From: Eledone cirrhosa
Taxonomy: Eukaryota
Length of the DNA stretch: 64,000 bases
Assembly (NCBI GenBank): GCA_964016885.1
Contig: OZ024743.1
Location: 236,220,001 to 236,284,000 of the forward strand
Direction: 5' to 3'
Below, in pieces: positions 1 through 12,271 of the stretch. A program made the position numbers and the translations under genes. The notes under the pieces were generated by a model. The model was not told where the DNA came from, ran no database searches, and was given only the letters and a program-made list of their open reading frames with translations. The first letter of the stretch is position 1; each line of letters begins with the position of its first letter.

Positions 1-1475
1 CTCACATAGCATTGGAGGGATAGAGCTGCATACAGTTGTCTTTTTATGTGATTTTAAATGAGTGATGTACCCAGATTTAGAGAGCAGTAAATGACCACAC
101 ACCCCACAAATCCAGCTCCCTATGTTCTTATTGAGGTTGATACTGTGGCCTTTTCGAAGCTGATGTTTATGTTTTTCATGATCAAGACATCTCTCTTCAA
201 ACATTCTGCAGCTTCCTTCACATGTCCTCTCCATTTACCCCTCTTTAAAGCAAGCACTTCCCAGTTCTAAATTTTAAACTGTAGATCTTCAAGATTGCTT
301 TTTATGCAATCCTTATATCTTTTTCTTGGTTTGTGCTGAGGACGTTTCCCTGTGTGTAATTGACTGTAAAATAGTTATTTTGGGAGTTTTTCCTCATTCA
401 TGTGCACAATGTGGCCTACCCAACACATTTGAGAGGATATGATGGTAGAATCAATGCTCGTGCAACCAGCAACTATAAGGATTTGTGTATCAGGTATTTT
501 TTGTTGCCATTTGATGTTTAGGATTCGTCTTAAACACTTTTGATTAAAGTGTTCAAGCAAATTAAGGTGTCTACGGTGTACTGTCTACTTTTCCGAAGAG
601 TACAACATAGCACTAGGAACGCAGGCCTTGTACACACTAGTGTTGGTCTTGGCATTGATCCCATGATCCACCCACACTCTCTTTTCAAGTTTTCCGAAGG
701 TTACAGAGGCCTTCTGAATGTGCAGGTGTATTTCTGCATCCAGTGAACCATCCCTTGGTAACGCACTACCCAGGTAAACAAAAGTATCAACTACACCCAA
801 CCTAGTTACATTCACCATTGGTGAATTGGCAATATCGGTAGAGGGTTGGACACCATGCTTTCTAGCATAGTTACGTCCCTTTACGGTCTGAGTTCAAATC
901 CCGCCATGGTTAACTTTGCCTTTCATCCTTGCGAGGTCGATAAAATAAAGTACCAGTAATGTGCTGGGTAATTGCTGGCCTTGTGCCAAAAGTAGAAACA
1001 ATTATATTTGACTCAATATATACTTCCCCTGGTGATGGGGTGAACATTACCTTGGTCTTTTTTATAATCGTCATGCCAAAGGCATTACAAGAAGCTATAA
1101 AAGAATCCATGATGTGTTGCATGTCATCTTGAGAGTGAACCAGAAAGTCAACTTCGTCTGCATACAGGAGTTCTCTAATTAATATTTGGAACACCTTGGA
1201 TTTGAAATTGAACCTTCTTAGGTCAAAAATCCTTCCTGTTGTTCTAACTTGCAGTGGAACACCCTTTGCACAGCCCTGGAATGCATGAGTCAGTATCACA
1301 GCAAAAAATATTGAAAACAGTGTGGGAGCCGGGATATCTCCCTGCTTCACACCATTATCAACTGGGATTTCATTGGACAATTCTCCATTCAAGACAACCC
1401 GAGCCTTCGTATTTCTGTGCAGTCGGACAAACATATCAATAAACTTTGTTGGGCACTCTATTTTCCCTATTTTAA
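1..1475 (-). mobile_element. Degenerate RTE-clade LINE ORF2 3' part (RT domain to C-terminal C2H2 finger), interrupted by a SINE
   Basis: Track ORFs give RT motifs GVKQGDIPAPTLF, LLYADE(D), FVYLGS, LLYSSE and LRRILNIKWQ. Manual reading downstream gives GKRPQHKPRKRYKDCIK and CGVCG...HLKSH. Several frameshifts and stops. Confidence 0.9.
820..1005 (+). mobile_element. tRNA-derived SINE inserted into the RTE coding sequence
   Basis: A-box-like TGGCAATATCGGTAGAG, B-box GAGTTCAAATCCC, core GCCTTTCATCCTT..GGTCGATAAAATAAAGTACCAG, tail GGCCTTGTGCCAAAAGTAGAAACAATT. Removing it restores RTE frame ESNIMVNV. Confidence 0.9.
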
Positions 1476-1721
1476 CAGTGCACCTCCGTTCACCGTATCT
1501 AAGGCCTTTGTCAGATCAACAAAAACCTGATACAGAGGTTGCTGTATCAGAGGTTGCTCAATACATTTCTCCTAAATCTGCCTTGCAGAGATCATATCAA
1601 TCGCTCCTCTGCCAGATCTAAAGACACTTTGTGATCCAGGGATTACTGTAGGACAAATGTCCTCCATTAACCTGTTCAACAATAATCTAGCAAGAACTTT
1701 GTCTTTTTAAAAAAAATATTT

Positions 1722-1900
1722 ATATACATACATACATGCATACATACATGCATACATACATGCATACATACATAAATACATACATACATGCATACATACA
1801 TAAATACATGCATAAATACATGCATACATAAATACATACATACACACATACATACATACATACATACATACATACATACATACATACATACATACATACA

Positions 1901-1934
<34 letters not shown>

Positions 1935-1952
1935 CATACATACACACATACA
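1722..1952. repeat. (CATA)n microsatellite
   Basis: Direct reading; source of the YVCM/HTYI junk ORFs. Confidence 0.95.
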
Positions 1953-2330
1953 TTGAAAACGTGTTCTGTTGTGGAGATCAGCTGCCCACTTGATGTAAAC
2001 GTTGTCAGAAAAATACAGGAGAAGGAGGACATTGATGAGGAGTTTACAAATCCAGTATCCAAGATACACCTTTAGCTTCATACCCATCATTATTGGAGCT
2101 ACGGGTTATATACCAACCCGCTTGGACCAAAGTATGACTGAACTTGGATTTGCGGACAAAGAGCGCAGCTCCCTAATTCATAGTCTACAAATGGCTGCGA
2201 TAGTTGGCACCTTCAAAATTTGCAAAACATTCTTGCGATTCAAGGGATGACAATTTCTTTTCTTTTACAACCTTGCCACCAGGAAGGTGGCCGGTCAAAA
2301 ATATACTCGAAATTAAGAGAAAGAGATAAC
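1953..2330 (+). mobile_element. 3' fragment of an R4/Dong-like non-LTR retrotransposon (restriction-like endonuclease C-terminus plus 3' UTR)
   Basis: KTCSVVEISCPLDVNVVRKIQEKED / LMRSLQIQYPRYTFSFIPIIIGATGYIP...GTFKICKTFL* fits the RLE tail pattern (D/E-x-x-x-P ... EK ... IPIIIGA.G). One small deletion/frameshift; flanked by (CATA)n on both sides. Confidence 0.75.
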
Positions 2331-2490
2331 ATACATGCGTACATACATACGTGCATACATACATATATACATACATACATACATACATATATAAGTACGC
2401 ACATACATACATACATACATACATACATACATACATACATACATACATACATACATACATACATACATACATACATAAGTACGCACATAC
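2329..2490. repeat. (CATA)n microsatellite
   Basis: Direct reading. Confidence 0.95.
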
Positions 2491-2510
2491 AACGTCCTCT
2501 TTTTCCTGGA

Positions 2511-2548
2511 TTTACTCTGATGAAGGACTAACGTTCGATACTTTAAGT
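2511..2548 (+). ncRNA. Degenerate minimal hammerhead motif (same family as 4815 and 11879)
   Basis: CTGATGA-A-GGAC-TAAC-GTTC-GATA-CTTT; GAAA mutated to GATA. Confidence 0.5.
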
Positions 2549-2739
2549 CATTCTGTTTGCTTTTTACCCCATCATGAAAGACTTTGTGTATTGCTCTGAC
2601 GAGGTCAGGCTGGTGGAATGGGACGGAAGACAACTGCCTAGACGTCAACCTCAGTGAAACAGGCTTCATGGAGATAGAAAGAAACCTGAATACAACTGTT
2701 TCGCCTTCGGTCTATTTAATACTCCCCCTCTCTCTCATT

Positions 2740-2813
<74 letters not shown>

Positions 2814-2949
2814 TATGTCTGTGTGCGTGTGTCTGTGTGTCTGTGTGTCTGTGTATCTGTGTGTGTGTCTGTCCGTGTCCCGGGTTCAATCGGGGGTAAC
2901 CGCAGTAAGTAAGGTACTCAATACATTAGTAGAATGTATACAACGAAAC

Positions 2950-3058
2950 TTAATATCGAAATTGCTTCTACAGGACTAGAACTGTTTCATCAGGGCTTCT
3001 CTGGTGATTTCCTTCGATTGAAACAGTTCTAGTCCTGTAGAAGCTATTTCTGTATTAG
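2950..3058. repeat. Short fold-back with a degenerate hammerhead-like motif
   Basis: GCTTCTACAGGACTAGAACTGTTTCA is inverted to TGAAACAGTTCTAGTCCTGTAGAAGC. Inside is CTGGTGA...GAAACAGTT. A related copy lies at 8725-8770. Confidence 0.7.
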
Positions 3059-3796
3059 ATTTTGTTTTATAAATGTGTGTGTGTGTGCATGTGTGTGTGT
3101 ATGTGTCTGTGTGCGTGTGTGTGCGTGTGTGTGTGCATGTGTGTGTGTGTCTGTGTGCGCGTGTGCATGTGTGTGCATGTGTATGTGTGTGTGTGTGCGT
3201 GTGCGGGCGTATGTGCGCGTGTGCGGGCGTATGTGTGCGTGTGTGGGCTAATATTTGAGACAGTATCTGTTATGTCAGTAACTTAACGATTCGACAAAAA
3301 GTAATCGATAAAATATATATCAGATTTTAAAAAATATAAAAATTCTTGAGGTCGATTTGATTGCCCAAATCCTATTGAAGAGGGCGCCACTGTATGACCG
3401 CAGTTTAATGGTTGAAACTAGTAAAAGTGGAAGATAATAAAATAATTTTACATTAAATTTGCAGGTTTTATGCAAAATGTTTTATAAAGTTATTTCTAGA
3501 AGTTTTAACGGAAACTTTGTCAAGCTACTGCTGCAACTAGCATTGATTTTGTTGAAGTTATTTTTTTACTGTCAGTTGGTCTTCGGTCCTCGACAAAGAT
3601 ACTTGATTTTCTATACGTCATTCAATCTTTGAAAAGGAGTTTTTGTGTTTGAAGACTTGAAGTAGAAAGCGGAATAGAATAATCAATCTAAATGGGTTCC
3701 TTTATCATCATTATTTAACTATATTGATTTTGGGTTTCTGTTCAAGTTATATGTTGTAGTTGTTGTTGTTGTTATCATTATTATTATTATCATTAT

Positions 3797-4030
3797 CACT
3801 GGGTAATTGCTGGCCTTGTGCCTAAAGTAGAAACAATTATTATTATCATTAGCAGTATCGTTCGATTTGCAATAGATTGGCAGTAATAGGCAGAGCGTCA
3901 GACAACATGCTTCGCGGCATAGTGTTACGTCCTTTTACATTTTGAGTTCAAATCCCGCCGAGGTTAGCATTGCCCTTCATTCTTACGGGGCCAATAAACC
4001 ACTAGTAATGCACTGGGGTCAATTTAATCG
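3797..4030 (+). mobile_element. SINE 3' fragment followed by an older diverged SINE copy
   Basis: CTGGGTAATTGCTGGCCTTGTGCCTAAAGTAGAAACAATT, then TTGGCAGTAAT...GAGTTCAAATCCCGCCGAGGTT. Confidence 0.8.
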
Positions 4031-4382
4031 ACGTTCGCACCCCATTCAAAATACTAATTATAATAATTCAGTTTAAACTTATCTACGGAACAGGTTTGAT
4101 TTTGAAATTTAAATTTGTCCAAGTACCACGGCCATTTGCCAATATCGTTTGTTTTTATTGATTTATTATTTTAAATCGAGACAGGCAAACTGTATTATTA
4201 TAATTAGTATTTTTCAATCTAGCTAACTTAGTCATTTACAATACAAACACTTATATGTTGGTATTTGTGTTTTATCATATATATTAATTTATATTAACTT
4301 GTATTACACGGCTCAGAAATACTTCTTTCTTTGAGCTATTTCATTGTAAAGGACTACTTGAGTTTAGAACTCATTATTCTTA

Positions 4383-4445
<63 letters not shown>

Positions 4446-4620
4446 AAAGTTCTATTTAAAGTTGTTGGGATACAACAAGTAAATATTTTTATAACTGATA
4501 TAAAGCACTCGACAAATTTTTGGAGTAGATATACGATATTAATAAATGGAAACTATATTTATAAAACTATATTTATTTCATTATACATATTTCAGGGATA
4601 CCACAATAAATTATAATATC

Positions 4621-4721
<101 letters not shown>

Positions 4722-4730
4722 TGTGTGTGT

Positions 4731-4860
4731 AAAAGGTAAAAAGAAATAACAACACAATCGGTACAGTATATGAAAGGGATATATTAGGTTAACGCATGAT
4801 TTAGCAGGAAGAGGGTCTTAACGTTTCGGACACTAGTCCTTCATCAGAGAAAGAATGAGA
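4731..4860 (-). mobile_element. PLE-type terminal repeat (pLTR-like) ending at (CA)n and carrying a hammerhead
   Basis: 4731-4800 is repeated at 16337-16402; the hammerhead region is shared with 11879-11960. Confidence 0.6.
4815..4853 (-). ncRNA. Minimal type-I hammerhead ribozyme motif
   Basis: Minus strand: CTGATGA-A-GGAC-TAGT-GTCC-GAAA-CG-TT-AAGAC. Confidence 0.75.
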
Positions 4861-5203
4861 AGTAAGATAGATTGAAAGGACGGGTGGGATGGAATTGGAA
4901 AAAATGTCTTTAGATAAGAATAACAGGTCCATTCATGTTGACATCTCTTGCAAAACTGTTGGTGCTGGCTTTTTGTGTATGATTTATTTTTTTAGAAACG
5001 TGGATGATGGAGCGCGTCTACCTGAAATGGAAAAAAAAAACTTTTGTAAAAAGAGCTATACTTGAGCACATGCGTAAGCATGTGTGTGTGTTATATACGC
5101 CCGTACGAAGCTAAAAAGAAATGTGTGTGTATATGTAAGTAAAAGAGTGTATATATATATATATATATACATAAATATATATATATATATGTGTGTGTGT
5201 ATG

Positions 5204-5236
<33 letters not shown>

Positions 5237-5695
5237 ATGTATATATATATGTGTTTGTGTGTATATATATATGTATGTGTGTGTGTATATATATATATGT
5301 GTGTGTGTATATATATGTGTGTGTGTGTGTTTATGTGTGTGTATGTATATGTATATATGTGTGTGTGTATATATATATATGTGTGTGTATGTTTATATAT
5401 ATATATATATGAGTGTGTGTGTAATCATATATATATGAGTGTGTGTGTAATCATATATATATATGTGTGTGTGTAACCATACTCCCACACACACATATAA
5501 CTCCCTCCCCCATTTCTACTAATAGAATCATCTTCCTATCCACACACACACACACACCAGCACACAAATAAAAATATATATTTCTACTTTATTTCAATAG
5601 AAAGTCCAAATTTTGACACCCAAACGCACCATCCATACTCACTGAACCAGAACATTTCTCCCCATCCCTTTTTTCTTGAACATTATCTTTTGTTT

Positions 5696-5885
5696 GGCGG
5701 TGGATTGGCAGTATCGGTAGAGAGTCGAACGCCATGCTTTCCAGCATAGTTACGTCCCTTTACGGTCTGAGTTCAAATCCCGCCGAGGTTAACTTTGCCT
5801 TTCATCCTTACGGGGTCTAAAAAATAAAGTACCAGTGATGTACTGGGTGATTGCTGGCCTTGTGCCAAAAGTAGAAACAATTATC
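5696..5885 (+). mobile_element. Full-length tRNA-derived SINE with TSD
   Basis: Same family as 820. ATTATCTTTTGTTTGGC is duplicated at 5682-5698 and 5880-5896. Confidence 0.95.
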
Positions 5886-5934
5886 TTTTGTTTGGCACAA
5901 AATTCTCTAAATGGCTACAAAAAAATTCCCAAAT

Positions 5935-6250
5935 ACGGGCGCGAAATTTAATGTACTTGTTCACGTGACAGTCATAATTTCATTTATACCAATCAAATTA
6001 CATATATAAAAAAAACCTTCTTGAACCACTTTTTTTAAGTAAAAAGAAATTCAAACACAAACTGGCGCGAAAATTGATGTGCTTATTCATGTGACTGCAT
6101 CAACCAATCAAATTTCACTCATATATGAAAATACAATCTGACCCCCCCCCCCTTTTTTTTAAAGGCAAATATAATAAGAACTTTGTAACGCGAACTGGCG
6201 CGAAATTTATTATACTTATTCACGTGACAGTCTTCAACCAACCAAATCAC
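5935..6250. repeat. Three diverged ~130-bp tandem units, each with GGCGCGAAA, (T)CACGTGAC and a CCAAT-like motif
   Basis: GGCGCGAAA at 5938, 6064 and 6197, each followed by TCACGTGAC/TCATGTGAC and ACCAATCAAAT/ACCAACCAAAT. Confidence 0.75.
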
Positions 6251-6504
6251 TTTTCTAAAAACCTAGCATTTCCAGCCACTTTTTTCCATATAAAACAGAA
6301 GTAACATTCAAACACCAACCGGATGTGAGAAAAACCCTCCATCTCAATTCTACTTTTGAAAAGCACAAGAACTGCCAAACCGGTAAAGGAACCAAATAAA
6401 TATTTTTAAAAAGACTCCAGTTGCATTTTCGAATTCATCTTTTTTCCTTATACTTTCACTCGTGTAGGACATCTCTTTTTTTTTTATTTTGTAAAAAAAA
6501 CCTC

Positions 6505-6599
<95 letters not shown>

Positions 6600-6795
6600 G
6601 AGAGAGAGATAGGTTGATAGATTGCTAAACATCAGTCTCGGAATATTTCTCTGTTCTGCTGCCAACAGAGTTGTTGATTTATGTTATTACATTGCCAACA
6701 ACTCGAGATATCTAAATATTACAAGATTTATTGTTTCACTCAAGTTTAAATATTAATCAGAACTATTCAAATGGAAGAACTATGTGTGTGGGTAA

Positions 6796-6857
<62 letters not shown>

Positions 6858-6870
6858 GTATGTGTGTGGG

Positions 6871-6911
<41 letters not shown>

Positions 6912-7568
6912 ATAATAAATAATAATGAAAATATTGTGTACAGTGCTCAGGTGCACTACAACTCATCAAAAGTGTATGTATAGTGCATAGGGTAATGTAC
7001 AAACGTCAGGAAAATGAACAGTGCATGAGTCATGATATACACATGTGTGCATGTGTATAGAAGGGGGACATCAATCTAGATGGGAAGTATAGTATATCTA
7101 CGATTTTAGCGTGTAAAACTAGCTGACATGAGGCAGATGTATAAAATTGACATGTAAAGCTGTCGTGGGGTGTATTATATCTAGTGTAAAGATAAGCCGG
7201 TGTCTTTAAACAATGTAGGTCAGGTGGCCGTAAGAGTCGTTTATTATCTGACAGATGAAGAATTTATCACTATAGTGAGATTTGTGTGGTCTATATTAGA
7301 TGAAAGGGTTGTCTAGCTTTCTCATCATCAATAACATACATGTATAAGACAACATTAACAGAGTAGCAATATAATGGGCAAGTTAGCACAGAGGTTACGG
7401 AGGCAATATATATATATACACACATGCACACAAACATATACTTCCCAACTAGATTGATGTTGTGATTATTTCAAATAATTTATTGCTAGCATTGTTGGTA
7501 TTGTTGTTGTTCTGATTGAATGCCATTACTACTATATATAGTAACCATGCCTGTATATTCCTTTCATT

Positions 7569-7687
7569 CTCACAAGCTCCGATGAATTGACAGATTATAA
7601 CTTTGTATTGGTGATCGAGTAACGTAAAAATAAGCGGGTAGCGATCTCTAGACCTACCGGTTCAGAGAAACAATTGTCAGCAATGAG
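7569..7687 (+). ncRNA. Hammerhead-like motif with long stem II insert and a core substitution
   Basis: CTCA..GCT-CCGATGA...GAAA-CAATTG-TC-AGC..TGAG. Stem III ACAATTGT is palindromic. The downstream tail resembles 13130-13200 (minus). Confidence 0.55.
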
Positions 7688-7737
7688 ATTAAAAACCTTT
7701 TTTGTATAGCAAACCGTGTCACTCTTCTTTCCTGATT

Positions 7738-7823
<86 letters not shown>

Positions 7824-7842
7824 GATATGTGTATGTGTGTGG

Positions 7843-7896
<54 letters not shown>

Positions 7897-7912
7897 TGTA
7901 TGTGTGTGCGTG

Positions 7913-7969
<57 letters not shown>

Positions 7970-7977
<8 letters not shown>

Positions 7978-8036
7978 GTTAGAACACGAAAAGTGTGAAA
8001 CAACAGAATGTTCACTTTTCGTGTTCTAACATATAT
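7970..8036. repeat. Small hairpin abutting (TA)n
   Basis: TGTTAGAACACGAAAAGTG / CACTTTTCGTGTTCTAACA. Confidence 0.8.
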
Positions 8037-8534
8037 GCCTAGCTTCTATAAACATTTTTCGGGGATAGCCGTGGTGGTGGTGATCGTATGTCATTGGCTA
8101 ATTTTCAACCAATCAGAGTACCTCTCTCTATATCTCTTCCACTGTTACTTACGCCTGTTTATCTCTATCTGTTCCGTCTCTCTATATATATCTCTCTTAC
8201 TCTTTCGCTTTGCACTCCTCCCCTTCAATACCATCTCTCCCCCTCTCTATATATTTGTTACTCTATCGCTGCACGCTCCTCTCCTTCAATATATCAATTA
8301 CACACGCTTTACACTCCTTTATCCCCAGCGCCCCTATATATACACCCCCCCCTCTCCCGCATCTATATTTTAATGTACCGTTGCACCGTGAATATATGTG
8401 TCTATATATATATACATATATATTGTATATACACATTCATGTATGTGTATACACACTCATGTATGTATATACACTGGTTTTATGTGTGTATTGTAAATTT
8501 GTACTGTTAAAACACGAAACTAACATTCGATTGA

Positions 8535-8612
8535 CACTTTGATTACCTGTACAGGCAATAGTTATTAGAATGCTGTTGAAGTGTGTATATATTTTTGGGG
8601 GACATCCTGTAT
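8535..8612 (-). mobile_element. Possible Tc1/mariner-type terminal inverted repeat remnant
   Basis: Minus strand TA|CAGGATGTCCCCCAAAAATATATACAC resembles CAGGGTGTCC-type TIRs; no partner end seen. Confidence 0.35.
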
Positions 8613-8969
8613 ATACACACATTATATATAATACAATAAACAGATAAATACACACATATATATATGAGCTTATTTAATTATAAATATTGTGAATTTTTAA
8701 CTCAGTTCAATTATATATATAAATGGCTTCTACAGGACTAGAACTGTTTCATTCGAAAGAAATCATCATAATATTGAGAGGGGGGACTAGATAAAATATT
8801 TCAAATCAAATGTGTATAAGTTATAAGTTAAAATGTATAAATAGAGACGATAGTGGAGGTATATCTGTTTAGTGGAACAGTAGACGATAGAATTAAATAC
8901 AGACGAGAATCTCCCTTTAATGAAACAGCAGACGATAGAATTAAGGCAATTTAAATTTTAAACATTTGC

Positions 8970-9025
8970 ATTTTTGCCTTTCATCGTTACGGGGTCGATA
9001 AAATAAAGTACCAGTAATACACTGT
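8970..9025 (+). mobile_element. SINE central-domain fragment
   Basis: TTTGCCTTTCATCGTTACGGGGTCGATAAAATAAAGTACCAGTAA. Confidence 0.75.
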
Positions 9026-9399
9026 CACTATAAGTAGACGACTTTCAAATTGAATTGTTGGTTCCATTTCTTTAGTATTTTCAATTGTAGTTATCTACTT
9101 AAAAAGCGTTACACGGTTAGAGACATAATTGGTAAGTTATATCTTCCCTATTAAACCATTGCATTATTTCGCCTACAATAGAACAAAAATGAAATGTTCT
9201 TTAAAGAAACAGGAATATAACTTTATAAAAAAAAAAGTTGCATCCGCTTCTTTTATCATTGATAATTTTTTCGTTTTAATATTAATTGTTTTTTGTAGTT
9301 GTTTATATTAAAAATCTTACTGTAATATTTACTTAAACGAAGGCAAACATCTAAACTTATAGATTAATCTTGAGCGAAGGACTAGATAAATCTCTCTCC

Positions 9400-9442
<43 letters not shown>

Positions 9443-9834
9443 AACGAAGAATGATAAAATTTCAAGCAAAGAGTTTAATTAGGTATATTTTGTAATATTA
9501 TTAACTAATTATTATAATTAACGCGCATATTTTGCTATCCTCAAACACGTTTACACATGGCATGAAATATAACTAATCCGAGATGGCTAGGTTTCATCTT
9601 CTAACTGGATATACGAAATCCATTATGTCTTGACAACAACATGAGGTAACATTATGTTATTCACAGACACACTTTGTACACTGTTCCATATCAGAATGTA
9701 TTTCCTTCGTCACATTCACAAACAGTATTGAAAATATGTTCTTCGGCAAATAAAAATGTTTTGTTCATAATATTTCAACTAGCGATTGCTCTACTCCACG
9801 CACGACCACCATAAATTAATGACCAGCTCAACAC

Positions 9835-10008
9835 AAGTATTGGTAGAGCGTCAGACACCATGCTTTGCAGTATTGTTATGGTCCTTTGCATTCTAAGTTC
9901 AAATCCTGCCGAGGTTAACTTCGACTTTCATACTTACTAATTCGATAAAATAAAGTACCAGTAATGGACTGCCGTAATGGATTTGTGCCGAAAAATAGAA
10001 ACACTATT
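9835..10008 (+). mobile_element. Diverged SINE copy
   Basis: GGTAGAGCGTCAGACACCATGC...AAGTTCAAATCCTGCCGAGG...GATAAAATAAAGTACCAG...AGAAACACTATT. Confidence 0.85.
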
Positions 10009-10558
10009 AATGTGCAATAAGAGCAAAATATAACGACATTGCTCAATTATTTTATCTAATGTTGTAATAACACAAGGAAATGTTGTTTGTGTATTTTTTT
10101 TTATATTTGCTCATAGGCTTTTACAATTTCGCTCAGCCAACAACTATTAAAAAGTGAGTTGCTTAAGATAACAATTTAATCACAAATTGTTGCTATCTTT
10201 TAATACACTCCAACAAGTCATCAAATTATGTACAATAAAAACAAATCTTATTAATTTGCTCAGGGAATATAAAGAAAATGTATATACACTGATAATTGCA
10301 ATTGTATGTAAATATTTTGTTTTTGTATTGTATATTTTATGTTTTCTATTATGTATAATATATTGATTTAATATTGATTGTTTTTTGTAGTTGTTTATAT
10401 TAAAAGTCTGAAAATATTTTTATACATCTTACACTAATATTTATAAGATAATTTATAATAACAATTACATAATCTAATTACATTACAACGATAATTTATT
10501 ATTAATATATATCCTGTTTAACTAGAGTTATTACAAGCGTTGCCTTAAAAAAATATTA

Positions 10559-11517
10559 AACTAGACATGAAAAATGCGCAAGCTCAAAAGTGCCACAGAA
10601 TGTTATAATAAACCTTCAAAAGTGTGGGACTAGAGTTGTTGCTAAAAAATATTGTAATCATTATATATCGTACATTCTGTGGCATCCTTTATAAAAATAG
10701 CTTAAACCAACGAAACCTTTATTTTTACGCTATTTCACTTAGTTAATTCTTAGAGTGTAACATATAAAAATAAATACATCTATGTTTAATGTAATAACAG
10801 CTATAAATAATTACGTAATATTATTATCATATACTCATAGTAACAAAATAATTGTGTTGAAACTTAATATGATGCTTATATGAACGATCAAATCTATAAT
10901 GATAATTTCTTAAATATACTAATAGTAAAATAATTTAGTTATCTATTGTTACATTTTCATAGAACTATAATATTAACAATCGTATTGCATTATCAAATTT
11001 TTATCACTACAAACTTTCATATTGGAATTACCTTAAGCCACTTATTATTACTTCGCTTTCGTACTTTTACAGCTGTAGATATTGCGCTGTATCTTATATC
11101 TAATATCAATATCTCGTGGTAATTTGCATGAAGTGTAAAATAGGTTTATTAATAACTTTAATATGAAATGTATTATACAGGGCTGCGGAGTCGGCCAAAA
11201 ATTGACTGGCTCCAACTCAGGATCCGATACTCCATTATTTCCTAAATTTCAGCTCCGCAGCTCTGTTATTATATTAATTAATTTATTTTATAGTTGTAAA
11301 TCATATTTTTATATGTTACACTCTAAGAATTAACTAAGTGAAATAGCGTAAAAATAAAGGCTTCGTTGGTTTAAGCTATTTTTATAAAGGATGCCACAGA
11401 ATGTACGATATATAATGATTACAATATTTTTTAGCAACAACTCTAGTCCCACACTTTTGAAGGTTTATTATAACATTCTGTGGCACTTTTGAGCTTGCGC
11501 ATTTTTCATGTCTAGTT
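10559..11517. repeat. ~213-bp near-perfect inverted repeat pair (10559-10772 / 11305-11517) with a ~530-bp spacer
   Basis: AACTAGACATGAAAAATGCGCAAGC...GTAACATATAAAAATA matches its reverse complement, with one mismatch noticed. Confidence 0.9.
11178..11265. mobile_element. 88-bp hAT-like MITE
   Basis: TIRs CAGGGCTGCGGAG / CTCCGCAGCTCTG; 8-bp flanks GTATTATA / TTATTATA. Confidence 0.7.
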
Positions 11518-11539
11518 ATATATATATGTGTGTGTGTGT

Positions 11540-11710
11540 GGAGAATGAGAGAGACAGAGAGAGAGGGAGAGAGAGGGGAAGAGAGAGAGGGAGAGAGAGA
11601 GGGCGAGAGAGGAAGGGAGAGAGAGAGAGAGTGAGTGAGAGAGAGAGAGGGAGAGAGCGGGAGAGAGAGAGTGAGAGAGAGGGGGCGAGAGAGAGAGGGA
11701 GAGAGACAAA
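11540..11710. repeat. (GA)n-rich microsatellite
   Basis: Direct reading. Confidence 0.9.
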
Positions 11711-11878
11711 GAGCTGTAGTAGTTATAAGATCCAAGGATGTAGAGTAAAGTATATCTTGTTAAAAGAGATGATTTTGATATAGACAGATCCTTATATTTA
11801 TAAGCTACACATGTTTCTCAGAATCTCCTCACATATTTATCAATTATTTTCGCAATTTATCTTTCTATCTCTTATATT

Positions 11879-11916
11879 ATCTTCTGATGAAGGACTACCG
11901 TCCGAAACGTTAAGAC
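11879..11916 (+). ncRNA. Minimal type-I hammerhead ribozyme motif
   Basis: TCTT-CTGATGA-A-GGAC-TACC-GTCC-GAAA-CG-TT-AAGA; stem I TCTT/AAGA. Confidence 0.8.
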
Positions 11917-12230
11917 ACTTTTCCTACTATATGAAGCATTAAACTAATATATATCGCTCTCTTCTCTCGTTTTTACTCGGTGACTTTTCGGACATATGTA
12001 TATATATATATAAGTATGTATACGTACATGCATATATGTATACAGACGTACAGTAGTATGTATATATATATATATACATACATGCACACACATATATATA
12101 TATATATGTACGTATGGATTTACCGAACATTTATTATAATGCTCGGTGTGTTTGTAAACAAACATCCCGAATTAAGCCGTACAGTGTTTAGCAACCATCG
12201 TTGCTCTTTTGTTCAATACTGACAAAGGAA

Positions 12231-12271
12231 CGATGTACTAGTTTCAAGCTTATTAGCTATCGTCAGCACCG
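12231..12271 (-). ncRNA. Type-I hammerhead ribozyme motif
   Basis: Minus: CGGTG-CTGACGA-T-AGCT-AATA-AGCT-T-GAAA-CTAG-TA-CATCG; palindromic stem III ACTAGT. Confidence 0.8.

Noticed and set aside
820-905. tRNA gene
   Set aside because: The A/B boxes belong to the SINE head; no complete cloverleaf or terminator.
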